Positions 23,801-32,815 of a DNA stretch of 64,000 nucleotides are shown here, one piece after another; the stretch's first letter is position 1, and each line of letters begins with the position of its first letter. The stretch spans positions 58,835-122,834 of the forward strand of contig JAUCBJ010002007.1 of the NCBI GenBank assembly GCA_032718475.1, in the 5' to 3' direction. Made by a program: the position numbers and the translations under genes. The DNA is from Nemertoderma westbladi. Taxonomy: Eukaryota; Animalia; Xenacoelomorpha. The notes under the pieces were generated by a model. The model saw nothing but the letters and a program-made list of their open reading frames with translations, did not search any database and was not told the DNA's origin.

Positions 23801-24059
23801 ACCCCACTGTTCTTCTTTCCTCCTCTGATCGGGCTCGACGCTCCGTCTGCCCTCCCGCGACGTCAACCTGTCCTTCTCTGCTCGATCGCACGTCGCTGGG
23901 GATACTCGCAGTCCCCCTATTACTCTCCGTCGCCGGTTGTTGCGGTTTACCTTGTTCGGCCCTCGCATTGTCCGCTGACGGCTGTGGGACACTCTCTGCC
24001 CCCCCCCCCCTCTCGCCGCTAACTTTCTGTTGTGGGGTGCTCGTAGCCCCCCCCCCCAC
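17802..24059 (-). CDS. BEL/Pao Gag-Pol polyprotein (capsid DUF1759-like, Zn knuckles, aspartic protease, RT, RNase H, integrase, DUF5641-like)
   Basis: FKFDGS; CSRCVKSGHKAREC; LVDSGA; YLPLH, DIEGMFNQV, FYVDDG; HMFSDAS, PKLEL, WTDS, NPADLLSRG; H..LHGG...CQTC, VDMFGP, SDNGTNF, CVERLV; WVEEYLPTLHKRSKW. 2085 codons without a stop. Confidence 0.97.
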   Translation of the reverse strand: MGGGATSTPQQKVSGERGGGAESVPQPSADNARAEQGKPQQPATESNRGTASIPSDVRSSREGQVDVAGGQTERRARSEEERRTVGFNREVDERSREWEYSTDRRREEESSRSIAAKDGRARMDSEPSVVEMRTESQWGRTPGDCRRPGGMRSDETHYAPREGYAMYRYEDENGGKGGRRETFRRNIPTDREYGSRREDYSRRINFDPEQHMQTVGHTVGLTAHTVGHTERGDVGDRIARTTGLNPGVAEYIPAGRPEADRPIPVPTQQYDYSMQGHNIYPGEGGIIADRCMGPNILTSTPVPDIPVGGGQGDIPPSQYQQYTPTGTRTTRPLDENRSCDTDIWRGPLPPMTYPSQRRSRSRTDEPHQTRETIQHPSNPLEAQAMGMATLIDALKTRIELPPVEPFKFDGSRPEEYLQFRRMYSNEILTKNLTQAECLKYLQVYTGGPAYDIVRQYQGIEGGFTTAWRALDREYGHPAKIIRQTLRGITSGGLQDNPVSIKTFANKVEKALIVLKTLDAPYELNASNNITTIAQALPSWLRNKWRKVAFSTRDKKGAEPGLEEMSNFLNYEAELITDPVYSEDSLGKGPKTDHYRPKPEHNTSNALPRLRQSLPYAATQGTASPQTSEDKTTSRDGQGNNNNMNKHNPSTSSRSNPVNKNSRDFGTNITAIRNALYKEGYDPKSKCQLHANALHKTMNCRYWQALPRQDQIDYASSNKICSRCVKSGHKARECQEKPVKFGQRRGQTMATSTVGAKKRGTVLLGVVPVRVIGEGNRSVTTLMLVDSGAAFTLVEEWVAEEIGLRTRPSRMAVTTISSKDEILEMRTGRCAIAAVAPGCDYGATIDPIQVIESININARRPTNIEVEQYKFLDNIDFSIPDVDVRKVSIIVGMDCPTAHERMQTVFGEDKQSDPVAILTPFGWTLSGPIKSKIPFRMSETSGCMFAGTMQEMGDEGAEEQLKRLLRQDFEGLKETGVGTSVEDKQALQSVEESMTCEEGRYTIGMVWKLPKIPLPDNRGMVLTRLRKLKQTLQRSPEKNEYIHKTIKKYVEKGWAVELPVDEPNTDRTYYLPLHVALDPKKGKLRMVVDASAKTDGKCLNDYLLEGPNIYNSGIEVLLRFRNGKHAFTCDIEGMFNQVRVTEEDSDSQRFLWYNGEEEPPVIPAYKMVVQNMGAKSSSFTTTMAVRDTVKGKEDRYGSRAVDMIRRGFYVDDGMESGNTVEEILETGREVRDILKGSGFNLTKFQSSSEEFIREIEDKKPESTMDNPTTTKGQDMAIKRTESQQKALGIVWDRETDELKYQLSQEGADTHTKRGYVSYIARIYDPLGLASPLLVTGKQILKRVYKLKDEWDVEVPEDIKKQWSKWTGDLERMGTYNMPRVYFPDGNMTNLDLHMFSDASLEAYGAALYLVQREGPHKPRLAFSKAKSTPPDSASVPKLELTAARLGVRATAYLVDTIPNIVETHYWTDSMVVLGWLHNEKTRYPIFVANRVDEIRASTELERWHYCPTDENPADLLSRGVERHTFMKKEVLWQHGPQFLSDREAWPLMKKVDPGSEPVSEGEGDSEGEEIYSQMVREIRDVQPGRELCDNPTDKLLSYSSSWYKTKKLVAYWRAFGNFLAGVGKDKKTRITIDLEGAAKAVIRYEQRKNYGDEVERVGNQQHLRRDSELITLSPQLNEDGILVMNSRVGYNNSIVVPPKPIIIPTGSPIVHQIIWDSHKSILHGGTNRTLTEIRRTYWVKQLRKKVKAVVGQCQTCRRAKKERAVQEMAPLPASRVRQHDPPFTHCGVDMFGPIKIKVMRHTEKRYGIIFVCNNTRAVGIELAQDATASAFINALERFRDRKGGTIAVIYSDNGTNFVGAESEMAEALDILEGEEVRAAMRRRQVKWERRTPYAPHTLGCVERLVGSSKRLMTKLMNTHMVTEDVLRTVLAKCEGIINSRPLYPENDDPESLDVLTPSHFLMERPATIDMRGVDPDDIHSRQSWKVAKAISAEYWRRWVEEYLPTLHKRSKWRKPNRELREGDLVIVTDDTIINNQWRLARVVGTYSDEDGRVRSVEVRIGGKIGAKNRKTYRRAVGKCCLLEGAP

Positions 24060-24699
24060 TCGCTACATCTAACTTCGCTACCTCTCTCCCCGCTATTATA
24101 TACCTCTCTAGTCGACACATCAACCCTACCACGGTCGGGTCTGTTCACCCCCGCCTCTCCCTCTGCTATTGCGTGGCCTTCCAGGCCCTCTACTCCCTGC
24201 CTACCAACTACGCGGCCTACCAGGCCCTCTGCTCCCTGTCTACTAACTACGTGGCCTACCAGGCCCTCTGCTCCCTGGTTACGTAGGCCCGACGTGTCTA
24301 CACTAATAGCACCCATATTGGAAACGGAATTAGTTTGCTCATTTGAAACAAAATCATTTGTATTATTCTGCGCGACTACGTTATCTGAATTATTTTGTAA
24401 ATTCGGGCTAAGATCATTATTTGAATTATTCGAATTATTCTGTGTAATTGCGTTATTTAAGTTATTTTGTAGGTCCGAATTCGAGTTATTATTTTGATTA
24501 TTTGAATTATTTTGCGTAACTACATCAATATTAGGATTATTTTCTACATTAACACTGGGATCGTTCTGATTTAAATTTAAATTACTACCACCAGGCAAAG
24601 TATTTCCTGTAATAAAGGTTTGATTAGCGTTATCCCATACGGTACTATTAATATCAACGACGTCTACTGTACCATTATTATTATTATTACCCCCCCCCC
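23999..24699 (-). CDS. Asn-rich middle segment of the Gag N-terminal extension, bounded by G-homopolymer frameshifts
   Basis: Open frame (part of ORF 23672-24715) between the C10 run at 24690-24699 and the C11/C12 runs at 24047-24057 and 23999-24010; QNNSNN repeats and GAEGLVG repeats. Confidence 0.6.
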
Positions 24700-26331
24700 G
24701 CTCGTACGGTCGCACCAGTCTTGAGTCTGTCGTGCGGTCCCTGTCAGTGGAGTATTAACAAATACATCTACGGCCCTCGGCTCCTCAAAAATACTCGAGC
24801 CGGCCCCAGTTCCAGACGGCGGTCCCACTCGCACGTATTCCAACTCGTGCGTCCCTCTAATTATATTTTTCGCATACTCACTCTGCCGTTCCTTTAATTC
24901 CTTGCGCTCCTTTTCACTCTCTGCCACTATCCCCTCACGCTCCTGGGTGTCCTTGGTGGCCGAGTCTGCGGCACTCTTAATGCTCTCCCTTCGTCTCGCC
25001 CCACGCTCTTTACGTTCCTTTTCCTTTCTCGCCTCACGCTCCTTGCGTTCCTTTTCCATTCCCGCCTCACGTTCCTTGCGTTCCTTTTCCATTCTCGCCT
25101 CACGTTCCTTGCGTTCCGCCTCACGCTCCTTGCGTTCCTTTTCTTCTCTCGCTTCACGCTCCTTGCGTTCCTTTTCCATTCTCGCCTCACGCTCCTCGTG
25201 TTCCTTTTCCTCTCTCGCTTCACGCTCCCTACACTCCCTTTCCTCCATCTCATCGTACTCCCTTAGGCTTTTCAAAACCCTTTCGGCCCTTTCTCCGGTT
25301 TCTCTAAGCAATACCGTTTCCCTCTCTAACCGCACTCTTCCCTCCTCTAGCCGTTCCTTCATTTCTCTCTGACCTTGCTCTGCCATGCTGAGACGGTATG
25401 TGGCTCCTATTTTTCTCACCGCTCTTTCTTTCGCGGAGGATGTAGCAGACTTATCGGTTACGACGGACTTCCCCCGCCTTCCCGACCTACTAACTTTCTC
25501 CCCCTTTCCGGAGCTTTCTCCGACCGAGGAGGCCGAATCCTCGGTGTTAACCTCGGATTCGCCCTCTTCGGGTCCCTTCCAACCCACTGGTTTCACTCCC
25601 CGGGCATCGACCAAGTATGGCCCTATGTACACTGACGCTACGCTAGGTTCCATACTCCCACACTCCCATAGTTCAAACAGTTCGCCTGCTATCCTTTCTG
25701 CTCTCTCCCCGGCCAGTTCTCTCTGCCCAAAACGTATTAGGTAATTTAAGTGTTTATCCGACTCACCTAGTCGCTTTCTCAGTCTTACCTCGTCTACCTT
25801 CGCCCCTTCCTTCTTGGCGTCGTTTATCAGCTTCCGGGACGCGTTGTAGGCCCGTCGAAGTCGCTCAGAAACCCCGACGTCCTCGTCGCCGACCTCTCCT
25901 CCGTCCCTCCGGGTTCGACGTCGTACCGGCGGCTCCACCGTCGCCGTTCCGGTGGGCCGTCCGTCGCCCTTGGCCTGTAGCTGGCCGGCGACATCGGTAC
26001 CGATCTCTCCTCCGTCTCTTCGTGTCCGGCGTCGCACCGTCGGCCCCACCGTCGCCGTTTCGGTGGGCCGCCCGTCGCCCTCGGCCGGTAGCTGGCCGGC
26101 GACATCGGCGCGCCGTTCTCCCTCTCCCGTCGACTCGTCTCCATCTCCCTCCATCTCGCTCTCTTTCTCTCTTGGTTCGACTTCGGGTTCCAGGCCCTCC
26201 TCGTCCTGGACTTCCGGTTCGCCCGTTATCGATGGCTCCGTATCGATGGGCCTGTATCGCTTAGTCGCGGCCTCGCGGATCGTTTGATCTTCGTCCGGGG
26301 TCCGCGTCGGTGTCTCGCCCGATTCACTCAT
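24664..26331 (-). CDS. N-terminal Gag extension: acidic region, 37-aa duplication and E/R/K coiled-coil repeat
   Basis: First ATG (26331) lies 116 bp downstream of the LTR end; ~555 open codons; 11-aa repeats EREAR(E/M)EKERK at ~24990-25230; 111-bp duplication (25981/26092). Confidence 0.8.
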   Translation of the reverse strand: MSESGETPTRTPDEDQTIREAATKRYRPIDTEPSITGEPEVQDEEGLEPEVEPREKESEMEGDGDESTGEGERRADVAGQLPAEGDGRPTETATVGPTVRRRTRRDGGEIGTDVAGQLQAKGDGRPTGTATVEPPVRRRTRRDGGEVGDEDVGVSERLRRAYNASRKLINDAKKEGAKVDEVRLRKRLGESDKHLNYLIRFGQRELAGERAERIAGELFELWECGSMEPSVASVYIGPYLVDARGVKPVGWKGPEEGESEVNTEDSASSVGESSGKGEKVSRSGRRGKSVVTDKSATSSAKERAVRKIGATYRLSMAEQGQREMKERLEEGRVRLERETVLLRETGERAERVLKSLREYDEMEERECREREAREEKEHEEREARMEKERKEREAREEKERKEREAERKEREARMEKERKEREAGMEKERKEREARKEKERKERGARRRESIKSAADSATKDTQEREGIVAESEKERKELKERQSEYAKNIIRGTHELEYVRVGPPSGTGAGSSIFEEPRAVDVFVNTPLTGTARQTQDWCDRTSGGGVIIIIMVQ

Positions 26332-26447
26332 CTCGTCTGCTCGGTGGAGTTCGACTAGCAAGCAGTGTAGTTCTCAGAGTTTAACTAGGGCGGCAGCTCG
26401 GTTTTAGTTACTGAGTTTAGCTGGGGAAGCAACACCGATTTAGTTAC

Positions 26448-26528
26448 TGTGACGGGATCCAAGAGGGATCCCGATTTATCCGGTGTGGTATTTAGTCCAC
26501 GCGTCCCCGCCGTGTGTAAGGGTGAAAT
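26448..26528 (-). repeat. 5' LTR remnant (U5 end only, 81 bp)
   Basis: 81/81 identical to 14301-14381; similarity stops abruptly. Confidence 0.95.
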
Positions 26529-27230
26529 TTCTTCGTCTGAATGACCTGTGTCTTCGTTAGGTTTTGTGTAAGCGTAAGGTTCTGAAAATAGAATATTAAT
26601 ACGAGCTTGCATGTCAGGATTTAATAATTTTAAGTCCTCAAAAGCAATGCTTTCATTTATTTCAGCCATTTCCATTAGAGAAATACGTTTTTTAGCCTCT
26701 AATTGCTCGTTAATTTCAGATTCTTTTGCTTCCAAATCACATTGTGATTGTATTAATTTACGTTCATTGCTAGCTTTAAGGAATTTTAAAATTGCATTAT
26801 TCTGAAGCTGATTTGGCTGAACGGCTTGCTGGGTAAGAATATTAATGGCCACTGGTAGATTTACCAGACGATTTACGGTTACATTTACCTGAAGATTTAC
26901 TTATAATGGAAGCAGAATTTGTTAAAGTATGTGTTGGTAAAATACTTTGACTAGAAATTTTCTTTAAAGTTTCTAAATCGAAATTTCTAATGAATTTAAG
27001 TTTGGGTTCTCTACATTTCTTTCAGTATTGAAAGAATGCCTAGATTTAGGTCTAGATACAGAGATTTCAGCCATACCTTTATTACCAAAACTTTGGTTTG
27101 ATCCCACCTGTATCTGAGATTACACTTCCACTAGAATTGATTAACAATCCCGGCGTTCCAGTAACCGTTGGGTCCAGCCAGATCCAATCGTTCCATCAGT
27201 CGACCTTAACATGTCACGTCCCTGCATTAA
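26529..27230 (-). pseudogene. Older degraded coding-like sequence (possibly gag of another LTR element) that was the insertion target; continues below 14300
   Basis: Coiled-coil-like peptide ending ...GHSDEE joins EHLPSFGSFPF* across the shared AGAA; no diagnostic domain seen. Confidence 0.35.
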
Positions 27231-28493
27231 TGTTATACCCGATTGCGTGTTAGCGCCGGTATTGCGGTCCGAATAATACAGTAATACTGTAATAAGCCTA
27301 CAACTTTGACTGGTAATGCTGAAGGCTGAACTGAATTTTCTGAATTAGGCCTATATTGTAATATATGCTTATCTGCATATCTGCCTATGTACTGATGTAC
27401 CGGTACTAGGCAGGGTGAAGGAATGCCGGAATATGAGTGCAGGAATGCTGGAATGTCTGAATATGTGTAGCCTAAGGCTGTGCGATGGATGGATACTATC
27501 ACTAAGTAAGGACTGGTAATAGCAGCATCTCTTTAATGGGGAGGATTACAGTATGGTATTATGGTAATACTCCAAATACGTTATTAATCAATAATAATTA
27601 TGGTTCACTAAGATGAGAACCTATTAAAGCTTTCTTCTCCACAGTAGCCAATTCGAAGTCAAATTTATTTAATGTGGACTGGGAGAGATGTACCATTCCA
27701 CAATGGCTCTAATTCACTAAGACCTCCTTCATTAACTACTCCTCTCGGATTTTAAAACCCTAATATCTACATGGATCCCATAAAGTTTCAAGTGACAAAC
27801 CTGATTTATTAAATAATAACAAGTAATATAATAATTGTTTATATATAATAATATATCAATTGATATCATTATTTTCGACAATCCTGAGCGTATGGAACAA
27901 TAAATTGAGAAGACTTCACTAAACGGTTGCCTGGGTATTTTATGGGGACTTTCCCAAAATTGTGAAATTTATTATGTAAGTAAAGCAGTAGTAAATACTC
28001 ACACTACAACAACTCCAACTGTGGCTTATCTTCTTAGAAGAGGCGACATCCTGTGACACATTAAGTGTACTTACTGTATAGATATCCTTAGTTTCCAGTT
28101 TTATCATATACCTACTGAGAAGGTTTTTTACTTGATAAGCTTCATTCACTTGATTGACTTATTTTAATTTAAATATAAATATTTTACTGGTGCATAAAAA
28201 TTTCATGAGATAAATATAAGTTATGGAAACAAGTACCTTTTCTGTTTCTGGGATGGACGATTTTCCAAATCGTCATCATCATCATCTTTACATGAATTTT
28301 TTACATGACTTTTCATGAATCGAATTGTCGAACTCGAAAAAATTTTGCCCCATGGAAATGTGTATGTTGGGTATCGGAATCCCTTCTCAATTTTTATAAA
28401 TTATTTTCTTTTTTATTATTTTTCTTTTATTTTTTTTCTAGACTCTAATAGGCCACCACACAGCTCTAATCTCGAAGTTCCAAGCTCTCTTTA

Positions 28494-29165
28494 GGTCATT
28501 TGGGACATAATTTAAGTCATAACTCTACATTTCTAAATGCCCCACCTAATATGTAAATTTCTAGATGATAGGCGATCTTTTAATGCTTTGTTAACGTCAC
28601 TGGTTGAATCAGGGTAAGCCACCATTGAGTATATCAGGAAGCTATTTGTTTTTATGCTGTTTTACAGCATTTAAAACTGTGATTACAACAAGTGTTAAAA
28701 TTTATAAAATTGTCAGATGGAAAATTGTTGCTCTTTTCCTATTTTAACTATCTTTCATGTTTAGCAAATGTTGATTGATGTCTGTCACTGGAAGCATTTG
28801 CAATGTGCAAATCTCTTTTCTTTATTGGATTTACTTAAACTCATTTTATCATGTATTTAGGCCCTGAGGTACAGTAGTAGTGTACTGAGTACAGCCAGTG
28901 TGTGCATTTACCACCGGTATGCCACTAAGTTTCTGATATTAGGCCTGTCAACATGATCCATGATAGTGTGAAAGAGCCCCATTACCTTATGCGTACAGCA
29001 GTATCAGAACTTACCAATCTACCATGAACTCACAAACTGTCAGACTTCACCAAGATACAGAAATATTGACATATTGTGGATTGAAGTAGGGCCAGTGTAA
29101 AACTGTTATATGCTGATAGGATGATAGGTCTACAGGTCTAGCTAGGCCTACTGAATACTGGTACT
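28494..29165 (+). repeat. Dispersed repeat, copy 1 (unclassified)
   Basis: Collinear similarity to 45656-46590, e.g. GATAGGCGATCTTTTAATGCTTTGTTAACGTCACTGGTTGAATCAGGGTAA and ACAGAAATATTGACATATTGT. Confidence 0.85.
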
Positions 29166-29299
29166 TAATATTGAAATACATTGTAATAAATATGGGCGAA
29201 ATTGCTGACTATGATGACATTTTCAGGTAAAAATAAAAGGACAATAAACCTGTTGGTAACATCAAGGATAATAACCCAGGTGGTGGTGGGGATCAATCG

Positions 29300-29560
29300 C
29301 AGGATTCCTGGGTGGCGATGGATAGTTTCACCAGCAGATAAGTTAAAAATAATGGAGGCCTATCATTCAGATTTTCTTTCGGTACACCTTGGTGTCCTTG
29401 GTGACAAACCCCAAGAGAAAGTTGGGTCCCAGTATTTCTGGCATACTTGGGCAAAGGATGTTGGCGAATATGTTAAACACTGCGAAATATGGCAGAGGTC
29501 TACTAAGCTGGCTTCGAGGGGAAGTGCGGAACTATATTCCATTCAGATTAAAGCGAATAC
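29300..29560 (+). pseudogene. Gypsy/Ginger-type integrase zinc-binding (H2C2) fragment
   Basis: IMEAYHSD..SVHLGV...YFWHTWAKDVGEYVKHCEIWQR (second Cys lost). Confidence 0.65.
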
Positions 29561-29583
29561 AGAAAATAAACAACTGGGGTGGA

Positions 29584-31080
29584 TCAGGATTCTATAGCAT
29601 CATGGTGGATGAAACAACTGACATAGGTGGCAGTGAGCAGGTGTCATTGTGTTTCCATTATGTTGATGATGACTTAAAGCCAATTGAAGCTTTCATGGGA
29701 CTTCATATGAGGCGACGTCTATACTACGGGTGAGTAAATAAATGTTGCAAATGTGAGGTAATTTAATTTATCTAGTTTAACTAATTTAATTCTACTAATT
29801 CTACTACTAATCTAATTTATCTGAAACGTACATTTTCAAATCTAAATATGTTTAAGAAAGTAAGTTTAAAATTTCATTAGAGTCGCTAATCCAACCCACT
29901 ATCCATTTATTTGTTTATGGATTTATTTATTTATTTGTAGGTGAGGAGTTAGCTCGAATTATCACAGTGCTTCTGATGAAACTTGGAATCCCTCTTACAA
30001 AGCTGCAAGGTCAATGCTACGATGGTGCAGCTAACATGAAAGCGATATACAAAAGGGTGAAGTCGCGAATATTAGAGTTACAGCCGAAAGCGTTGTACGT
30101 ACATTGCTCCAACCATTCACTAAACCTTGTGATGCAAGAGTCGGTTAAGGGTGTCCAGTCCATATGATTAGAGATAGTTTAGAATTAGTGAATAGGGTGG
30201 GCGTGCTTATTGGAAATTCAGCCAACCATATTTCTGTATTTAAAGATGTTGCCCAGTCATCAATTGAGGAAAGTGCAGTTTTTACACGTCCATCCATTCC
30301 GAAGCCACTGTGTGCTACTCGCTGGACCCTGAAAAGTAAAGCATTACAGTGCATTCATTCACAGGATAGTGTTGTGCAAGAAACGATTTTAATAAGATAT
30401 CTGATGAGACTAAAGTTCCAGAAACGGGTGCCAAAGCATCAGGATACTATACTGTTCATTTATTTATGAAGTCAGAAACTCTGTTTGGAATAAAAATATT
30501 GAAGCTTGTATTTGCAAAAACAGAAACTGGCATACACATTACAGAATACCAGCTTATCAGTAAGTGGTGCTAAGGAGGCAGCCAATCAGGTTATACAGTT
30601 TCTCTCCAGTATTCATAGCAAGAGTTATTTTAGCAAGTTGAGGATGGAGATGGAAACGGAGTCAGAACATCTTGACCTGGATCCATTTGTAATGCCAAGA
30701 GCTCGATGTGTTCCAGCCAGACTTGAACACAGCATAGCAGTAGTCCCGCACCATCTCACATTCCTAACTCAACTGAATCCTACTTCCGTTCAAAATATTT
30801 TGAGTTTCTGGACTTAATGATAGGGCTAATGATGGAGCGCTTCAATAAACCAGGAATTTATATTCTAATAAAACTAGAGAACTGCTTGATCGAGAAGGAT
30901 GTCACCCACTTTCGCATTGAGTATGAGTATAAGGATGATGTTGACTGTGAAGTATTAGCACACGAATTCGCTCTATTCCAAAACCCAATTAAATTGGTTA
31001 ATGATGCAGTGGCACAGTTTCAGACTAGGGAAAAGGTAAGCAAGTTTTCATTAAGATCGATTGTCAAAATATTTATATAG
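29584..31080 (+). pseudogene. Degraded hAT transposase (ZMYM1-like/Tip100 type) with intron 29730-29940
   Basis: FYSIMVDETTDI..SEQVSLC; GQCYDGAANM; YVHCSNHSLNL; LCATRW; LQ..S motif; multiple frameshifts. G|GTGAGT...TTGTAG|GT joins TTGEEL. Confidence 0.88.
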
Positions 31081-31732
31081 CAAAATAGTAATAGTGGGTG
31101 ATTTTTTCTCAATATTATATAAGCGTTTTTATGAGAGGCCATTAGGGCTTACTTGTTGAGAGGTCAAGTATATGTGCCACTATAACTCTGTCAAACTGTC
31201 CTTAGGGGCTGATGGTCTTCTTATAGCCAGCTTGCTGGCTTTCTAGTTAATTAGCCGATAGGGGGAGGGCGGGAACTGATGCAATAGAAATTCATCCCTC
31301 TCCAGGGAATGGGAAAGGGAAATGCGATGCAAATTACAGCTAATTACTCTCAAAAATAAAACTGTAACGGGGATGGTTTTGGTTAAAAAGACGTACCACT
31401 TTAACCTGCACCTTTCCCTAAGGCACCTTTGCACCGTTTCTTGAGGCAGGATATAAATTTTCCAAGATGGGATTTGTGTCCAGCCCACCCCCCAACTCAT
31501 AGAGCAACTCATACGGTTGATCCTCCAACTAGTGCGACACTGGAACAGTCGTGTTCTGCATTGAGAAGACTTCTTACCTGACTGCACACCACCATGCGAC
31601 AAGCTAGATTGACTCATTTGGCTGTTCTTCATATGCGCCAACACCTGGCCAATAAACTCGATCTATCAGATATTTGCCAAGACTTTGTTTCATGAGAAAG
31701 CATGGCTGCCATATTTGGGCAAGTTTATTTAA

Positions 31733-32812
31733 GGGGGGGGGGGGGGGGTAGCGCATTCAAAGACGAATTTTTGAAACATATCCTATATATGGAAACATAT
31801 GGAAACCGTTTTCCCATATCTTACTTAGTTTTCGAGATATCTGGGGTAGAAGATACTGGCTCTGATATATTGGTAAAGGCGATGAAGTTTGGGGTTTATA
31901 TTCAATTTCTGCAAATTTCTTAGCTCAGTGGTGCCAATTGGATGTCTCTACGAGAAAGAGCACAATATTTTAATTGAGAAGGTATTTTTTTATGATTATT
32001 GGACCTACTGATCAGTTTATAAGACAACTTCAAGTCTCCAGAATGAAGACGGGACTCGAATAAGTGACTCTGTGGCTTTGTGGGATTACACAAAATAGAC
32101 TTATCAGTCATTGGAGATCTTCAAAATGTATAATCTCCAGTTCTAGTGGTCGTACGAAGTTTGTTTTAGTCTCATTCGAAAGCTCTTTTCTTAGAGAACA
32201 AAGTTACCATTTTATTTAAGATAAAATGGTTGTGAAGCAATATAACATGAATTTGGGTAAAATATGCCATGCAAATTTTGTTCAAGTTATGATTGCTCAG
32301 GCATCTTTCAAGAGTTTGCTAAACCAAATGGTAACTTTGGTCTCTGAGAAAAGAGCTTTCGAATGAGCCCAAAACGAACTTCGTATGACCACTAGAACTG
32401 GAGATTATACATTTTGAAGATCTCCAATGACCGATAAGTCTATTCCGTATAATCCCGCAAAGACAGCACACTCGCTTATTCGAGTCCCATCTTTATTCCA
32501 GAGACTTGAAGTTGTCTTATAAACTGATCAGTAGGTCCAATAATCTTTAAAAATATAGCTTCTCAATTAAAATTATGTGCTCTTTCTCGTGGAGACATCC
32601 TATTGGCACCACTGAGCACAGAAATTGAATGCAAAGCGCATTTACCGATATAGCGATATATCGGAGCTAGTATTTTCTATCTCAGATATCTCGAGAACTA
32701 AGCAAGATATGGGAAAACCGTTTCTATATTTTAATTCATGTTTCAAAAATTTCGAAAATTCGTTCGACTTTTTGGTCAGAAAATGTGCTACCCCCCCCCC
32801 CCCCCCCCCCCC
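31733..32812. mobile_element. Fold-back non-autonomous Kolobok-like element
   Basis: TTAA|G-run-TAGCGCATT ... AATGTGCTA-C-run|TAA; additional ~300-bp inverted arms at 31914-32212 / 32326-32626. Confidence 0.75.
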
Positions 32813-32815
32813 TAA

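Larger units (their letters stand above)
14301..26528 (-). mobile_element. BEL/Pao LTR retrotransposon with extra 3' ORF; 5' LTR truncated
   Basis: Gag-PR-RT-RH-IN order with BEL/Pao motifs; full 3' LTR and PPT; 81-bp identical LTR remnant at 26448-26528; TTCT present on both flanks. Confidence 0.95.

Noticed and set aside
15483-26287. Numerous plus-strand ORFs within the BEL element (e.g. 15483-16328, 17929-18648, 20938-21543, 24902-25372)
   Set aside because: They are antisense shadows of GC-rich coding frames with no domain motifs.
31243-31644. 133-aa ORF
   Set aside because: No recognisable motif; probably decayed repeat sequence.
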